64,000 nt of DNA from Hormoscilla sp. (GCA_051439505.1 JBFRWI010000053.1:27865-91864), one strand, 5' to 3'; counted from the stretch's first letter, positions 18,969-30,690 are shown. The notes: generated by a model not told the origin, from the letters alone. A program made the numbers and translations.

Positions 18969-21020
18969 TTACAGGGGAATAGTAATCATAAACTTGGTAC
19001 CCTCGCCGGGATGGGACTGGGACTGCAACTTACCCTGGTGTTTTTCTACCACAATCTCATGGGCGATCGACAACCCCAAACCCGTGCCCTTCCCCACCGG
19101 TTTCGTTGTAAAAAAGGGGTCGAACATGCGTCTCTGGACTTCTTTTGGGATCTCCGGACCGTTATTACTAATAGTAATCAGCACCGCCCTTGTCTCTTCT
19201 ACAAGTAATTCAGTTTTAATGGTAATGACTCGCGGTCCTTTTTGGTTTTCTAGGGCGTCAATTGCATTACTAATAATATGCATAAACACTTGATTTAGCT
19301 CACTAGCATAACAGGATACCAGAGGCAGGTTGCCGTACTCTTTGATTACGGGAATATCGGGACTAACTTCGTGCAGTCTGTGTTGCAAAATCAGTAAAGT
19401 GCTGTCAATGCCAGAGTGAATATCTACGGACTTGAGCTGAGATTCATCTAAGCGAGAGAAGTTCCGTAGAGACAGGACAATATCGCGAATGCGGTTGGTA
19501 CCCTCCTGCATAGATAGCAGCATTTTGGGCAAATCTGACATCAGAAAATCGAGGTCTATTTCCTCAGCAGCATCTTGGATTTCTGGCACTGGTTCCCCAC
19601 AGTATTTTTGATAGAGTTCCAGCATATGCAGCAGGTCTTGAATATATCCATTGGTATAGGTCAGATTGCCATAGATAAAGTTGACAGGGTTATTAATTTC
19701 GTGGGCGACACCCGCCACTAATTGCCCTAAACTGGACATTTTCTCGCTCTGTACCAATTGTGCTTGAGTCCGTTTTAGCTTTTTTAAGGCAAGTTGCAGA
19801 TCTTGAGTCTGTTGTCGGGATTTGGCCTCCGATTCCCGTAGCGCTGATTCCATCTCCTTGCGGGAAGTGATGTCAAATCTGATGGCTAAGTATTGGTAGG
19901 GTTTGTCTTTTTCATCCAGAAAGGGTACAATAGTGGTATCTACCCAATAATAGCTGCCATCTTTGGCTTGATTCTTGATTTCACCTTTCCAGACTTGGCC
20001 TGCTTTAATGCTTGACCACAACTGCTCAAAGAACTCTGGCGGATGATAACCAGAATTGACGATGCGGTGGGTTTGGCCGATTAGTTCTGAGGAGCTATAT
20101 TGGGAAAGTTGACAGAATTTATCGTTCACGTAACGAATGATTCCTTTCTTGTCCGCGATCGCCACAATGGCCGATATATCTAAAGCATACTGGATATCTG
20201 ACTGGTTTTTTAGGGTCCGCCGCAGTTCCTCTTCCCGCTGCTTGCGATCGCTGATGTCACTCTCGATCGCAATAAACTTGACCACCTCTCCCTGGCTGTT
20301 CCAAATGGGGGTAATATTCATCATCAACCATAAGGTAGATCCATCTTGGCGATAGTTAAGTATTTCTCCGATAAATGACTTTTCCTCTCGCAAGGCTTGC
20401 CTAATTTCTGCTACTGTTTTCATATCTGTCAAGGGCCCTTGCAATACAGACCCCGGCTTTTTGCCCCGCATGTCTGATAAGCTATAGCCAGTTATCCGAG
20501 TGAAGCCTTCGTTCACCCATTCCGTCAAGCCATCTTTATCGGTGATAATCACCGCATTATCGGTTTTGCTTGCTACCAGGGATAGCTTTTCTAACTCTGA
20601 CTCTATCTGCTTGCGCGGAGTGATGTCAAATCTGATGGCTAAATATTGGTATGGCTTTCCGGCGTCATCCAAAAATGGGACGATCGTGGTATCCATCCAA
20701 TAATAGCTGCCATCTTTAGCCCTATTCTTGATTTCCCCTTTCCAGACCTGGCCTGCTTTAATGCTTGACCACAACTGCTGGAAAAATTCTGGCGGATGAT
20801 AACCCGAATTGATGATGCGGTGGGTTTTGCCGATTAGTTCTGAGGAGCTATATTGGGAAAGTTGACAGAATTTATCGTTCACGTAACGAATAATTCCCTG
20901 GTTGTCCGTGATGGCCACGATCGCCGCTTGGTCCAGGGCCCACTTAATCTCGGATAATTCTTTGGTGGTTGCTTGCAGTCTGGCATTTTCATCTTGACTC
21001 GGCACTTTATTCATCGCCAC
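18969..21020 (-). CDS. Triple-PAS sensor histidine kinase
   Basis: Three PAS/PAC domains followed by HisKA and HATPase. Confidence 0.93.
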   Translation of the reverse strand: MAMNKVPSQDENARLQATTKELSEIKWALDQAAIVAITDNQGIIRYVNDKFCQLSQYSSSELIGKTHRIINSGYHPPEFFQQLWSSIKAGQVWKGEIKNRAKDGSYYWMDTTIVPFLDDAGKPYQYLAIRFDITPRKQIESELEKLSLVASKTDNAVIITDKDGLTEWVNEGFTRITGYSLSDMRGKKPGSVLQGPLTDMKTVAEIRQALREEKSFIGEILNYRQDGSTLWLMMNITPIWNSQGEVVKFIAIESDISDRKQREEELRRTLKNQSDIQYALDISAIVAIADKKGIIRYVNDKFCQLSQYSSSELIGQTHRIVNSGYHPPEFFEQLWSSIKAGQVWKGEIKNQAKDGSYYWVDTTIVPFLDEKDKPYQYLAIRFDITSRKEMESALRESEAKSRQQTQDLQLALKKLKRTQAQLVQSEKMSSLGQLVAGVAHEINNPVNFIYGNLTYTNGYIQDLLHMLELYQKYCGEPVPEIQDAAEEIDLDFLMSDLPKMLLSMQEGTNRIRDIVLSLRNFSRLDESQLKSVDIHSGIDSTLLILQHRLHEVSPDIPVIKEYGNLPLVSCYASELNQVFMHIISNAIDALENQKGPRVITIKTELLVEETRAVLITISNNGPEIPKEVQRRMFDPFFTTKPVGKGTGLGLSIAHEIVVEKHQGKLQSQSHPGEGTKFMITIPL

Positions 21021-22423
21021 TACCCTCCAATGGACCGGTCCCTTACCGTGGTTAATTCTGCTGGGTGCAGGGGAATGCAGATAATAAATTTAGCTCCCTC
21101 ACCCGGACTAGATAGGCAGGTTAATTGACCCTGATGCTGTTCTACCACAATCTGGTGCGAGATCGACAAGCCCAAACCCGTGCCCTTCCCCACGGGTTTG
21201 GTTGTAAAGAAGGGATTAAATATCTGTTCCTGGACTTTTTCGGGGATCCCAGGACCATTGTCCGCAATGGTAATTAACACTCCTTCTGGGACTGTTGTTA
21301 GCAATTTGGTTTTAATGGCGATCGCTCGCGGTGGCGGTTGGTTGGACAATGCGTCTATGGCATTGGTCAGTATATTCATAAACACCTGGTTCATCTGAGA
21401 GGGATAGCACTCCACTAGCGGCAGCTTGCCGTACTCTTTGATTATTCTAATCGGATCTCCATCGTCTTGGTGCAGTTGCTTTTGGAGAATCATCAAACTG
21501 CTGTCAATCCCCGAGTGAATGTCAACTGCTTTGATGTCCGCTTCATCCAAGCGAGCGAAGTTCCGCAGAGACTTGACTATCTCGTGGATACGACTTGTCC
21601 CCTGGTGCATTGATGAGAGTATGTTGGGCAAATCTTCCATAATGAAATCCAGATCCATCTCCGCAGCGGCAGATTGGATTTCTAACTCCGGTTCCGGATA
21701 ATATTTGGCATAGAGTGCCATCATCCTTAGCAAGTCTTGAAAATATTCATTTGTGTATACTAGATTGCCGTGGATAAAGTTGACAGGATTGTTAATTTCA
21801 TGAGCAATTCCAGCCACTAGCTGCTCTAAACTCAACATTTTTTCCCGATGCACCAGTTTCGCTTGATTCCATTGTATTTTCTGGAGGTTTAATTGCAGAT
21901 GTAGGGCTTCTCTGGCTTTTTCTTCTGCTAGCTTGCGATCGGTGATATCAAATCTGATGGATAAATATTGGTAGGGTTTCCCTTCGTCATCCACAAAGGG
22001 CACGATGGTCGTATCCACCCAATAATAGGTTCCATCTTTGGCTCGATTTTTGATTTCCCCTTTCCAGACTTTCCCGGAATTTATGCTAGACCACAAATCC
22101 CGAAAAAACTCTTTGCTATGCTCGCCTGATTTAATTATACTGTGGGGTTGGCCGATCAATTCCGAGCGGCTATATTTGGATAGTTCGCAAAATTTATCAT
22201 TGACGTAACGGATAATGCCCTTGGTGTCCGTGATGGCGACGATCGCCGCTTGGTCCAAAGCATATTTTAGATCTGATAGTTCTTTGATCGTGCGATCGAG
22301 TCTAATCTTTTCTTTTTCACTGATTCTCTCTTGCCGATCGAAGGGCGATCGGGCAGCTTCATGATTTTCTTCTAAGTTCGACCACATTATATCCGCTTCA
22401 TCATAATCTCGTACTGCCTGCAT
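21020..22423 (-). CDS. PAS sensor histidine kinase
   Basis: PAS/PAC domain, AHEINNP and HATPase; its stop overlaps the next start. Confidence 0.93.
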   Translation of the reverse strand: MQAVRDYDEADIMWSNLEENHEAARSPFDRQERISEKEKIRLDRTIKELSDLKYALDQAAIVAITDTKGIIRYVNDKFCELSKYSRSELIGQPHSIIKSGEHSKEFFRDLWSSINSGKVWKGEIKNRAKDGTYYWVDTTIVPFVDDEGKPYQYLSIRFDITDRKLAEEKAREALHLQLNLQKIQWNQAKLVHREKMLSLEQLVAGIAHEINNPVNFIHGNLVYTNEYFQDLLRMMALYAKYYPEPELEIQSAAAEMDLDFIMEDLPNILSSMHQGTSRIHEIVKSLRNFARLDEADIKAVDIHSGIDSSLMILQKQLHQDDGDPIRIIKEYGKLPLVECYPSQMNQVFMNILTNAIDALSNQPPPRAIAIKTKLLTTVPEGVLITIADNGPGIPEKVQEQIFNPFFTTKPVGKGTGLGLSISHQIVVEQHQGQLTCLSSPGEGAKFIICIPLHPAELTTVRDRSIGG

Positions 22424-22496
22424 TTTCTCTCCTCATCCGTTTTTGAGCTTACCAACTATTTGGGACTTATTTCCCGAATAACTTAGTCACTTCACA

Positions 22497-22556
22497 GTCG
22501 GCCCGCCGGGGGTTCAAACCCAAAGGCTAGAGGCGCTCAGTCGGTTAAAACCGCAC
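22497..22556. repeat. Dispersed palindromic repeat (GGGTTCAAACCC..GGCTAATAGCTAAAGTCGGTT..AACCGACT); also at 44200-44250, 54599-54659 (inverted) and 62997-63052
   Basis: Four related intergenic copies, each with two hairpins. Confidence 0.78.
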
Positions 22557-23071
22557 TTAAAATAACGTTCAAAGTAATTGTAACATTTTTTTGATAAAAT
22601 GGTATAAATATTTTTGTCCACTTGCCGAGCTGTAGCAGCTCGTACCGCTCCGTAACTATCGTACCGAGCGTGATGGGTATCCAATTTTACCCGATTGCCA
22701 AAAACGGGGATGCTCCCCTTGGCGACTTTCTGATTAGGCTCTTAATTAGACATAATTATGATCGAATAAATTGCTGTAACTGGATATTTATCAAGGATTT
22801 CTTAAGGAAGAGCGGAAATGTTCCAGCTGTAAAGGAATCTTACCACTAATAGTATTTTCGGCGTTGCACAACTCCACCGATGATAACTAAGCCACGAATT
22901 ATGGCTTCTACCATTTGGAAAAATTTAGCTACAAAGCAGATCGTGCTGGCGATGGGCACCAGCACGGTACAGAAGAGATTTGCCGACGGTACTCGCCGGT
23001 TACTACAGGGGCGATATTTGTCGGAAATATGCGATCGCGCTCGTTGTTTGCCGATCGCTGATAACTGAAGC

Positions 23072-24826
23072 TCAAACGGAGCGAACGGAGCCAGAATAGA
23101 CAAAACCTCGCTGCATATCCAAAGTGACGATCGCCCCATCTCGAATGATATCCGTGGCTTGGGAAACTCCCACGATCACGGGCACACCCAACCGCATGCC
23201 GATCACGGCGGCGTGAGAAGTGAGACTGGCATCCTCAGTGACTATTCCCGAGGCTTTGCGGATCGCATCGATAAAATCAGCGCTAGTATATTTGGCCACC
23301 AAAATTTCTCCGGGGTGGAAATGGGTCACGTCCGTGCCATTGTGAGCCACCCGGGCCCGACCGCTGACTAAACCCTGACCAATGGCTGTCCCCTGAGCGA
23401 GAACTGCGGTGACTATTTCAACTTTAATTAAATTGGTCGCTCCGGCTACCCCTTGAAGCTCCCCTGCTGTCATCACCACCAAATCTCCTTCCTGGAGCAA
23501 ATGCTTCTCCTGAGCCACATTTATAGCGGCTTTGAAAGTTTGACTTGTAGAGGGCAAATCCAATACCAGTAGGGGTTTGACGCCCCAGACTACCTGCAAG
23601 CGTCGCGCCACTTCTACATGAGGCGTGACGGCCAGAATTGGCGTCTGGGGTCGGAACTTGGAGACATTCCGTGCTGTGCCACCTGTCTTGGTCAAGGTCA
23701 TAATCGCAGAGGCACCCAGCTGTTCTGCGATCTGGCTCACCCCTTGAGAGATGGAGTTGGGAATAGACCGCTTGGTATCTGCTTGAGCGTGGCAAGTATG
23801 GCTTTCCCGTTCAATTCTGACCGCGATACGTGCCATGGTCGCCACGGCTTCCACCGGGTACTGGCCGACAGCTGTTTCGTTAGAGAGCATGACGGCGTCC
23901 GTACCATCCAAAATCGCATTGGCCACATCAGAAACTTCCGCTCTGGTGGGTCGAGGAGAGTTGACCATACTGTCTAGCATCTGGGTTGCCGTAATCACGG
24001 GGATTCCCAGTTGATTTGAGGTGACAATCAGTCGCTTTTGCAGCAGGGGAACGTCCTCAGCGGGCAGTTCCACTCCTAAGTCTCCCCTCGCTACCATCAC
24101 CCCATCAGATAAGCTGAGAATGGCTTCCATCTGCTCGATCGCTTCGTGCTTTTCTATCTTGACAATTACTGGCACTTGCTTGCCAGCATTGGCGATGATT
24201 TCCTTGATTTCCAGCACGTCTTGGGGGTTGCGCACAAAGGAGAGGGCTACCCAATCTACCCCTTGATCTAAGCCAAATAGCAAGTCTTTGCGGTCTTTTT
24301 CCGTGAGAGCTTTGATTGACAGGTAGACACCGGGGAAGTTGACTCCTTTGTTATTGGAAAGCTTGCCGCCCACTACCACCTGGCAATGGAGTTGGCGAGC
24401 AGTTCTATCTACTTTTTCCACGACCATTTCCACCTTGCCATCATCTAGGAGAATGGTGGCTCCGGCGGGGACTTCATCTGCTAAGGGTTCGTAGGTGACT
24501 GAACTCATCTCTTGGGTGCCCGGTACTGACTCGCTGGTCAGAATGAACCGATCGCCGTTCGATAGGGCGATCGAGCCCGACTCGAACCGTCCCAAGCGAA
24601 TTTTCGGACCTTGCAGGTCTTGTAAAATGGCCACAGGCTGATTTAGCTCAAAGGACAGTTGCCGAATTAAGCGAATGCTGCGTTGATGGTCTTCATGGGT
24701 GCCGTGGGAGAAATTTAACCGCAGGGTTGTGGCACCGGCTTCTATCAGGTCCCGCAATACCTCTGGGGAACTGGTGGCAGGGCCAACGGTGGCGACAATT
24801 TTTGTTCGACGCTGGGAATGTTGCAT
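23072..24826 (-). CDS. pyk: Pyruvate kinase with C-terminal PEP-utiliser domain
   Basis: Motifs RRTKIVATVGP, MVARGDLGVE, ATQMLDSM and TSHAAV; start placed at MQHSQ (24826). Confidence 0.97.
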   Translation of the reverse strand: MQHSQRRTKIVATVGPATSSPEVLRDLIEAGATTLRLNFSHGTHEDHQRSIRLIRQLSFELNQPVAILQDLQGPKIRLGRFESGSIALSNGDRFILTSESVPGTQEMSSVTYEPLADEVPAGATILLDDGKVEMVVEKVDRTARQLHCQVVVGGKLSNNKGVNFPGVYLSIKALTEKDRKDLLFGLDQGVDWVALSFVRNPQDVLEIKEIIANAGKQVPVIVKIEKHEAIEQMEAILSLSDGVMVARGDLGVELPAEDVPLLQKRLIVTSNQLGIPVITATQMLDSMVNSPRPTRAEVSDVANAILDGTDAVMLSNETAVGQYPVEAVATMARIAVRIERESHTCHAQADTKRSIPNSISQGVSQIAEQLGASAIMTLTKTGGTARNVSKFRPQTPILAVTPHVEVARRLQVVWGVKPLLVLDLPSTSQTFKAAINVAQEKHLLQEGDLVVMTAGELQGVAGATNLIKVEIVTAVLAQGTAIGQGLVSGRARVAHNGTDVTHFHPGEILVAKYTSADFIDAIRKASGIVTEDASLTSHAAVIGMRLGVPVIVGVSQATDIIRDGAIVTLDMQRGFVYSGSVRSV

Positions 24827-25702
24827 GGCTAGGGCCCCTCGGGAGTCAAAAGATACAGGCAAGAGATTATCATATCTTATGTCGGTTGTCGTCCGACTTG
24901 TCCCGCCTGTCCGTCCGCTGACATCCTCGAAAGATAAAGAATATGTTAAAAAAGCACAGAAGACTAGATATCTGGTATAAGAGTAAAGGCGATCGCCCTC
25001 GGGAAGACGTTCTCATTTGAGTATAACCGGAATGAATACGGGGCCATCCCAGCTAGGGGAAGGGCGCGGTAGTTGACAATTATGATTGAATTGGATAAAA
25101 TGAAAGGCGTTGCACATTGAGGGGATGATACCAATTTGGTTTGCAAGTGACAATGTGTTTCTCTCTCCCGATCGCGTGCATTTTCTCCATCACTATTTTC
25201 AAGCTATCTCTTTTAAGGAAAATATGGCCGGAATTCCTTTACTACCCGGACTTAAAGTTCCCTATTACACCTTTATCGGACAAAAATGATGAGATAATTT
25301 GTCAGTTGTTGGTGGTCAGTGCTTCAGTGGTCGGTGGTAAGTTGTTAGTGGTTAAGCTGTCGCGCATTGAAATTGCTACGGCCAAAACGCTGAAACCCTT
25401 GTTCTCAATGGCTTTCCCCTTCGCGCAGCGTGGCGCAGCCATATTTTGAATTTTGAATTTTGAATTTTGAATTGCTTAGTGGTCAGCACCATCGACAGAC
25501 TGCAGGCGATTCGGTCTGTGAGCAAAAATACTTATAAACCTGACATGCTCCCAAGGTAAAGAATTGTAAAAAAAAGCACTCTTTACTCGATCTGTGGTAT
25601 GATATGATAGGCTATCGCGCTCTCCGGAAGGCTCCTCAGGGTTAGATTTCGCCGGAGAAGTATAACCGTAAGACGCGATCGAGCAAGGGAAAGTGAAGTA
25701 GG

Positions 25703-26359
25703 TTGACAAGGATGATAGATAAGAAGAAAATCAAATATGAACCACAAGAAGTTCGTTATCCAACGGCTTTGGAAAAATTGAGCGATATGATTAAGCCTGG
25801 AGATGCGATCGCTTTCTCTGGTAAAGGCTTTAATGGCAAGGTGATTCGATGCTTCACGGCTAGTCTCTACAGCCATATTGCCATTGTTATGGATACAGAG
25901 CGTGATTGTACTACCGACGGTCGCATCGCGATCGCCGAAGCTTCAAGTGACACGAGGTTACCCGATTTTAGAAATGAAAAACGCAAGCCGGGAGTACAAA
26001 TTCACCATCTGTGGAATTGGATAAACGCTTATCAAGATTTGGGACAAGCATGGTGGATACCCTTAGCAGAACCATTAAGCGATTCAGGGGTAAAGAAAAT
26101 GCAAGATTGGCTGTGGGAAATTCACGATCGACAAGTGTCTTATAGCTTCAGGAAGTGTATTGGTGCCTGGCTGAAAATTAATCGATATTTCCTCAGTGCG
26201 GATAGCCAATATGCCGCGCGACTGTTTTGTTCGGAACTGGTGACCAAGGCATTGCAAATTGCAGAAGCGATCGACCCTGCTGTTAGGTCTTATCAACAAA
26301 TCCCGCAGGAAATTATCAGTTTACCCTGTTTTCAAGATCCAATTAAAATAGAAATTTAA
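25703..26359 (+). CDS. Permuted papain-like (YiiX/YaeF, NlpC/P60) enzyme
   Basis: Motif order PGD.IAF, YSHIAIV (His), then LFCSELV (Cys). Confidence 0.78.
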   Translation: MTRMIDKKKIKYEPQEVRYPTALEKLSDMIKPGDAIAFSGKGFNGKVIRCFTASLYSHIAIVMDTERDCTTDGRIAIAEASSDTRLPDFRNEKRKPGVQIHHLWNWINAYQDLGQAWWIPLAEPLSDSGVKKMQDWLWEIHDRQVSYSFRKCIGAWLKINRYFLSADSQYAARLFCSELVTKALQIAEAIDPAVRSYQQIPQEIISLPCFQDPIKIEI

Positions 26360-26854
26360 TGGGATGTAGGGTGGGCATCGCCCACCAAGAGGATAAAATC
26401 ACTGTGAATTATCGATCTAATTTAACTTGGATAAGTAAGAAACAATAATTATAGCTAGCCTACTAAATACTCTAAAAACTTAAGGCGTTGCACATTTTTG
26501 GGATGATAGTAGTCAATGGTGGCAAATTGCCAATTTAACATTGAAAATTGAATAAGAGTTATTTGTCTATTTATGGGAATTCATAACTATTTCAATTGAC
26601 CATAGCGCTCCTGCACGCTCCGGGCCCCCTCCGCTGCGCGACTGCGTATACGCAATTAGAGATGCACCCATACCCAAAATGTGTCAAGCATCAAAATCTA
26701 TCAGAAGAAGTATATATTCAGAGATAATAATATATTGGCAAAAGGGAAAAAATCGTCTAAATTGGAAATATCAAAAGGCGGGGGAATGGCAGAATCTTTG
26801 TGTAGGTTACAATTGGAGTTATGAGAAAAAATAGATGGGGTGGCGTTGAGAAAA

Positions 26855-28648
26855 ATGGAAAAACAAGAACAGAGTTCGATCGAGCAAGGGGAATGGGGAA
26901 CAGGTTCTGAGAGAAACCTCCCGATATTAGGATTGATTCTTCGCTGGAGCATAGCTAAAAAATTTGGTTACAGCTATGCTCTAGCAATTGCTATCTCTGC
27001 GATCGGGACAATGGGGTGATGGGAATGCGATCGCATCCCCAAAGGCTAGTTCCAGCATTGGGAAAGACAATCAGGTTTGACTACGAAAGAGCTAAATTTT
27101 ATAGCTATGTTAATCATGTGAGTACACAAACGGCCAGACTTAAAAAATTAATAGATAACAATTATAGCGAGTTATTGGCAGCAGAAGAGACCAACTTAAA
27201 AAAGTTAGTCAAAAAATACGAAAATAATACAAGCGCATATGTTAAGCTAGTCAAAAATCTCTGGGAGCAAATAGATCCTCCTAATGTAAGGGGAGAGAAA
27301 ATCTCAGCAGCACAGCAGAATGTCTTAGTTTATATGAGTGGGGAGATAGCTAATAAGATAGATGTTAAGTTCGATCGCCTGTCGGAAAAATTAAACTGGC
27401 TGATATCGATAGCTGAAACTCAACACGCGCAAGCAAGGGCAGACCAGAAAAAAGCCTCGGAACTGCGACTGCTGATAATTGTGGGAAGTATGCTAATGTC
27501 GGCGGCGATCGCGACTTTCTTGGCCCTTTATACCAGTCGGGCGATCGCCAGTCCCCTAGAACAGGTAACGGCAGTTGCCCAGCGAGTTACTACCGATGCT
27601 AATTTTCTATTGCGGGCAACTGTGACTACAGAAGATGAAGTAGGTTCCTTAGCGATCGCCCTAAATCAGTTGATTCAATGGGTAGGAGAACATACCTATG
27701 AATTGGAGCGAAGTCGCGATCGTACAGCGAGTACAATCACGCACTCAAGAACTGACCCAGGCATTGCGATCGCTCAAAGAAACTCAAAGTCAACTAATTA
27801 AAACAGAAAAAATGTCCAGTTTGGGGCAGATGGTAGCGGGGATAGCTCATGAAATTAATAACCCGGTAAGCTTTATTTATGGTAATCTCGAACATGCCAA
27901 AGAATATACTCAAGAATTGCTAAAGTTACTGGATGTTTATCAGCAGGAGTACCCGGAACCAACCCCGGTAATTGAAGAGCAAATTGCCGAAAGTGAGATA
28001 GAATATCTGGTATAAGATTTGCCGCAATTATTAAATTAGATGAAAAATGGAGCCGATCGGATCGAGAAAATTGTCCTTTCTTTGCGGAATTTCTCCCGCC
28101 TGGATGAGTCGGAAATGAAAGCAGCAGATATTAATGAAGGGATTGATAATACCTTGTTGATTCTCAATCACGGTCTGCATCAAAGAATTGTAGTCAACAA
28201 GGATTATGTAAATTTGCCCCTAGTCTATTGTTACCCGGCCCAACTGAATCAAGTATTTCTGAATATTATCGAAAATGCGATCGATGCTTTGTTAGAGTCA
28301 TCGGGGACGAAAAATCCGCAGATTTACATTCGGACAGAGAAAAGGGGCGATCGCATGGTAATGGTAACAATTAGGGATAATGGTCCGGGAATTCCAGAGT
28401 CGATTATAGACAAGCTGTTCGATCCGTTTTTTCCGACCAAAGAGGTCGGAAAGGGAACGGGGATGGGACTGGCGATCGCCTATCAGATTATCGAAAAGCA
28501 TCAGGGAAAATTTGAGGTAAGTTCCGAAGCGGGAAAAGGGGCTTCCTTCGCGATATCTATTCCCATTCACCCCGAGGGAAGAAGCGCGATCGCCGGTGGG
28601 CGTCCGCAGCAGCAAGGCTCAAAAATTGTCAGAACGCCAGTAATGTGA
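26855..28648 (+). pseudogene. Disrupted membrane HAMP histidine kinase
   Basis: The N-terminus ...WSIAKKFGYSYALAI..GTMG stops near 27018. There is a frameshift near 27720 and two in-frame stops in EYLV*DLPQLLN*MKNG. HAMP, HisKA and HATPase remain recognisable. Confidence 0.9.
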
Positions 28649-28690
28649 TATAGTAATTTGACGAACATGACAAATTAATAAAAGAGTTGG

Positions 28691-30199
28691 ATGAGACGCA
28701 GAGCTTGGCTGTACGTCCTAATTTTTTTGTGCGTGCCGACGGTGGCCATTGCCCAAGAACCGGCAGCAGGTCAGAGTTGGATTGCCAGCATTGATGCTAT
28801 ATTTGCTTCACTTGTGGCAGCCATATTCAGGGTACTATTCTTTAGCATCGGCGGTTTCCCCCTGATCGTGCTGTGGCTGATCGCAGGTGGGGCATTCTTC
28901 ACGCTCAGGATGAATTTTATCAATATCAGGGGGTTTCGACATGCGCTAGATGTGGTAAGGGGGACTTACGATGACCCTCTTGAGACCGGAGAAGTATCCC
29001 ATTTTCAGGCCCTAGCGACAGCACTCTCGGCGACGGTAGGACTGGGGAACATTGCCGGAGTGGCGATCGCGGTGAGTGTGGGGGGACCGGGTGCGGTATT
29101 CTGGATGACTATCGGCGGGCTTTTGGGCATGACCAGTAAATTTACTGAATGTACCCTGGGACAGAAATATCGGATCGTGAAGTCAGACGGGACGATCGCG
29201 GGCGGACCGATGTATTATCTGTCAAGAGGTTTAGCCGAAATGGGACAGCGGACCCTGGGCAAGGTTTTAGCGATTCTATTCTCAGTCTTTTGCCTGGGAG
29301 GGGCATTTGGTGGCGCGAATATGTTTCAGGCGAACCAGTCCTACGGCGCAGTACAGACTGTATTACCTTTCTTGCCTAACTGGCTGTATGGCTTGATGCT
29401 CATGATTTTAGTGGGACTGGTAATTATTGGCGGCATCAGACGCATTGCCACCGTAGCAGGTACGATAGTACCTGTCATGTGTGGATTGTATGTTTTCATG
29501 TCCATCTTCATTCTGCTGACCAATTTTACCGCCATTCCCGGGGCGATCGGCACGATCATCTCGGAGGCATTTGTGCCCCAGGCAGTAACAGGTGGTATGA
29601 TTGGCACGATCGTCCAGGGATTCAGGCGATCGGCTTTCTCCAATGAGGCAGGCATCGGATCGGCGGCGATCGCCCATTCTGCTGCCAGGACTTCTGAACC
29701 CGTTCGCGAAGGCATTGTCGCCCTGCTAGAACCCTTTATCGATACGGTAGTTGTCTGCAACATGACCGCCTTGGTAATTGTGATTACAGGTGCCTATAAT
29801 AATAGAGAGTTCGAGGCACTGAGGGCAGCCCAAAAAGGTGCAGAACTGACTGCCGCTGCTTTTGGGACAGTAATAGCATGGTTTCCCATCCTGCTGGCGA
29901 TCGCTGTCTTCTTGTTTGCCTTCTCCACGATGATTTCCTGGAGTTACTATGGCGAACGTTGCTGGGAATATCTGTTTGGTGCTAGCAGCTTGATGGTCTA
30001 CAAGGTATTATTCTTGATCGCTATCTTTATTGGCTCGGTAACTAAACCAACGACGGTGATAGACTTCAGCGATGCCATGTTGCTAGCGATGGCATTTCCA
30101 AATTTATTGGGGGCCTACTTCCTATCTGGTAAAGTGTTAGCAGACCTCAAGGATTATATGCGTCGCCTGAATGCTGGAGAATTGAGAAGGGAAAATTGA
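28691..30199 (+). CDS. Alanine/glycine:cation symporter (AGCS family), canonical copy
   Basis: Motifs ATVGLGNIAGVA, GGPGAVFWM, GGPMYY and FSNEAGIGS. Confidence 0.95.
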   Translation: MRRRAWLYVLIFLCVPTVAIAQEPAAGQSWIASIDAIFASLVAAIFRVLFFSIGGFPLIVLWLIAGGAFFTLRMNFINIRGFRHALDVVRGTYDDPLETGEVSHFQALATALSATVGLGNIAGVAIAVSVGGPGAVFWMTIGGLLGMTSKFTECTLGQKYRIVKSDGTIAGGPMYYLSRGLAEMGQRTLGKVLAILFSVFCLGGAFGGANMFQANQSYGAVQTVLPFLPNWLYGLMLMILVGLVIIGGIRRIATVAGTIVPVMCGLYVFMSIFILLTNFTAIPGAIGTIISEAFVPQAVTGGMIGTIVQGFRRSAFSNEAGIGSAAIAHSAARTSEPVREGIVALLEPFIDTVVVCNMTALVIVITGAYNNREFEALRAAQKGAELTAAAFGTVIAWFPILLAIAVFLFAFSTMISWSYYGERCWEYLFGASSLMVYKVLFLIAIFIGSVTKPTTVIDFSDAMLLAMAFPNLLGAYFLSGKVLADLKDYMRRLNAGELRREN

Positions 30200-30255
30200 G
30201 AAGGGAGAGCAGTTGGCAATTAGCAATTACAAATTAGCAATTAGCAATTAGCAAG

Positions 30256-30690
30256 ATGAGTTTATTTAATAAAGAAAGGGTGCTTGTCCCGATCGATTTC
30301 TCGGAAGCATCCTTTAATGCGGTGAAGGAAACGCGAGGATTGGTAACAGAGGCGTCAAATTTGCACATCCTGCATGTGTTGCATCCTCTCCACCAAGGAG
30401 AACCAGGAGTGATCTGGAAAACGGTGAATAATGAGACGCGCAAACAGCATGTAGAACAGGCATTTTATCAGCGATGCCAAGAAGCAGAATATCAGGGAGT
30501 TCATTTTAGCGTCCTGGTGGGAAACCCCAGTGAGAAAATTATTGACTACGCTAATACAAACGACATCGATTTGATTGTAATACCCTCCCACGGACGCACG
30601 GGTATCAGTCGATTTTTCTTGGGGTCGGTGGCGGAAAGGGTGGTAAGATTTGCCCATTGTCCGGTGCTGGTACTGCGGCGATCGGACTAG
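30256..30690 (+). CDS. Universal stress protein
   Basis: Motifs VLVPIDFS and SHGRTG..FFLGSVAERVVR.AHCPVLV. Confidence 0.95.
   Translation: MSLFNKERVLVPIDFSEASFNAVKETRGLVTEASNLHILHVLHPLHQGEPGVIWKTVNNETRKQHVEQAFYQRCQEAEYQGVHFSVLVGNPSEKIIDYANTNDIDLIVIPSHGRTGISRFFLGSVAERVVRFAHCPVLVLRRSD

Noticed and set aside
22622..23139. Short ORFs between the kinases and pyk, plus the many antisense ORFs inside long genes
   Set aside because: They show no motifs and are shadow frames of real genes or of intergenic DNA.
27720..28040. Programmed frameshift or stop readthrough in the HAMP kinase
   Set aside because: Several independent lesions of different types (TGA, frameshift, TAA, TAG) fit decay better.
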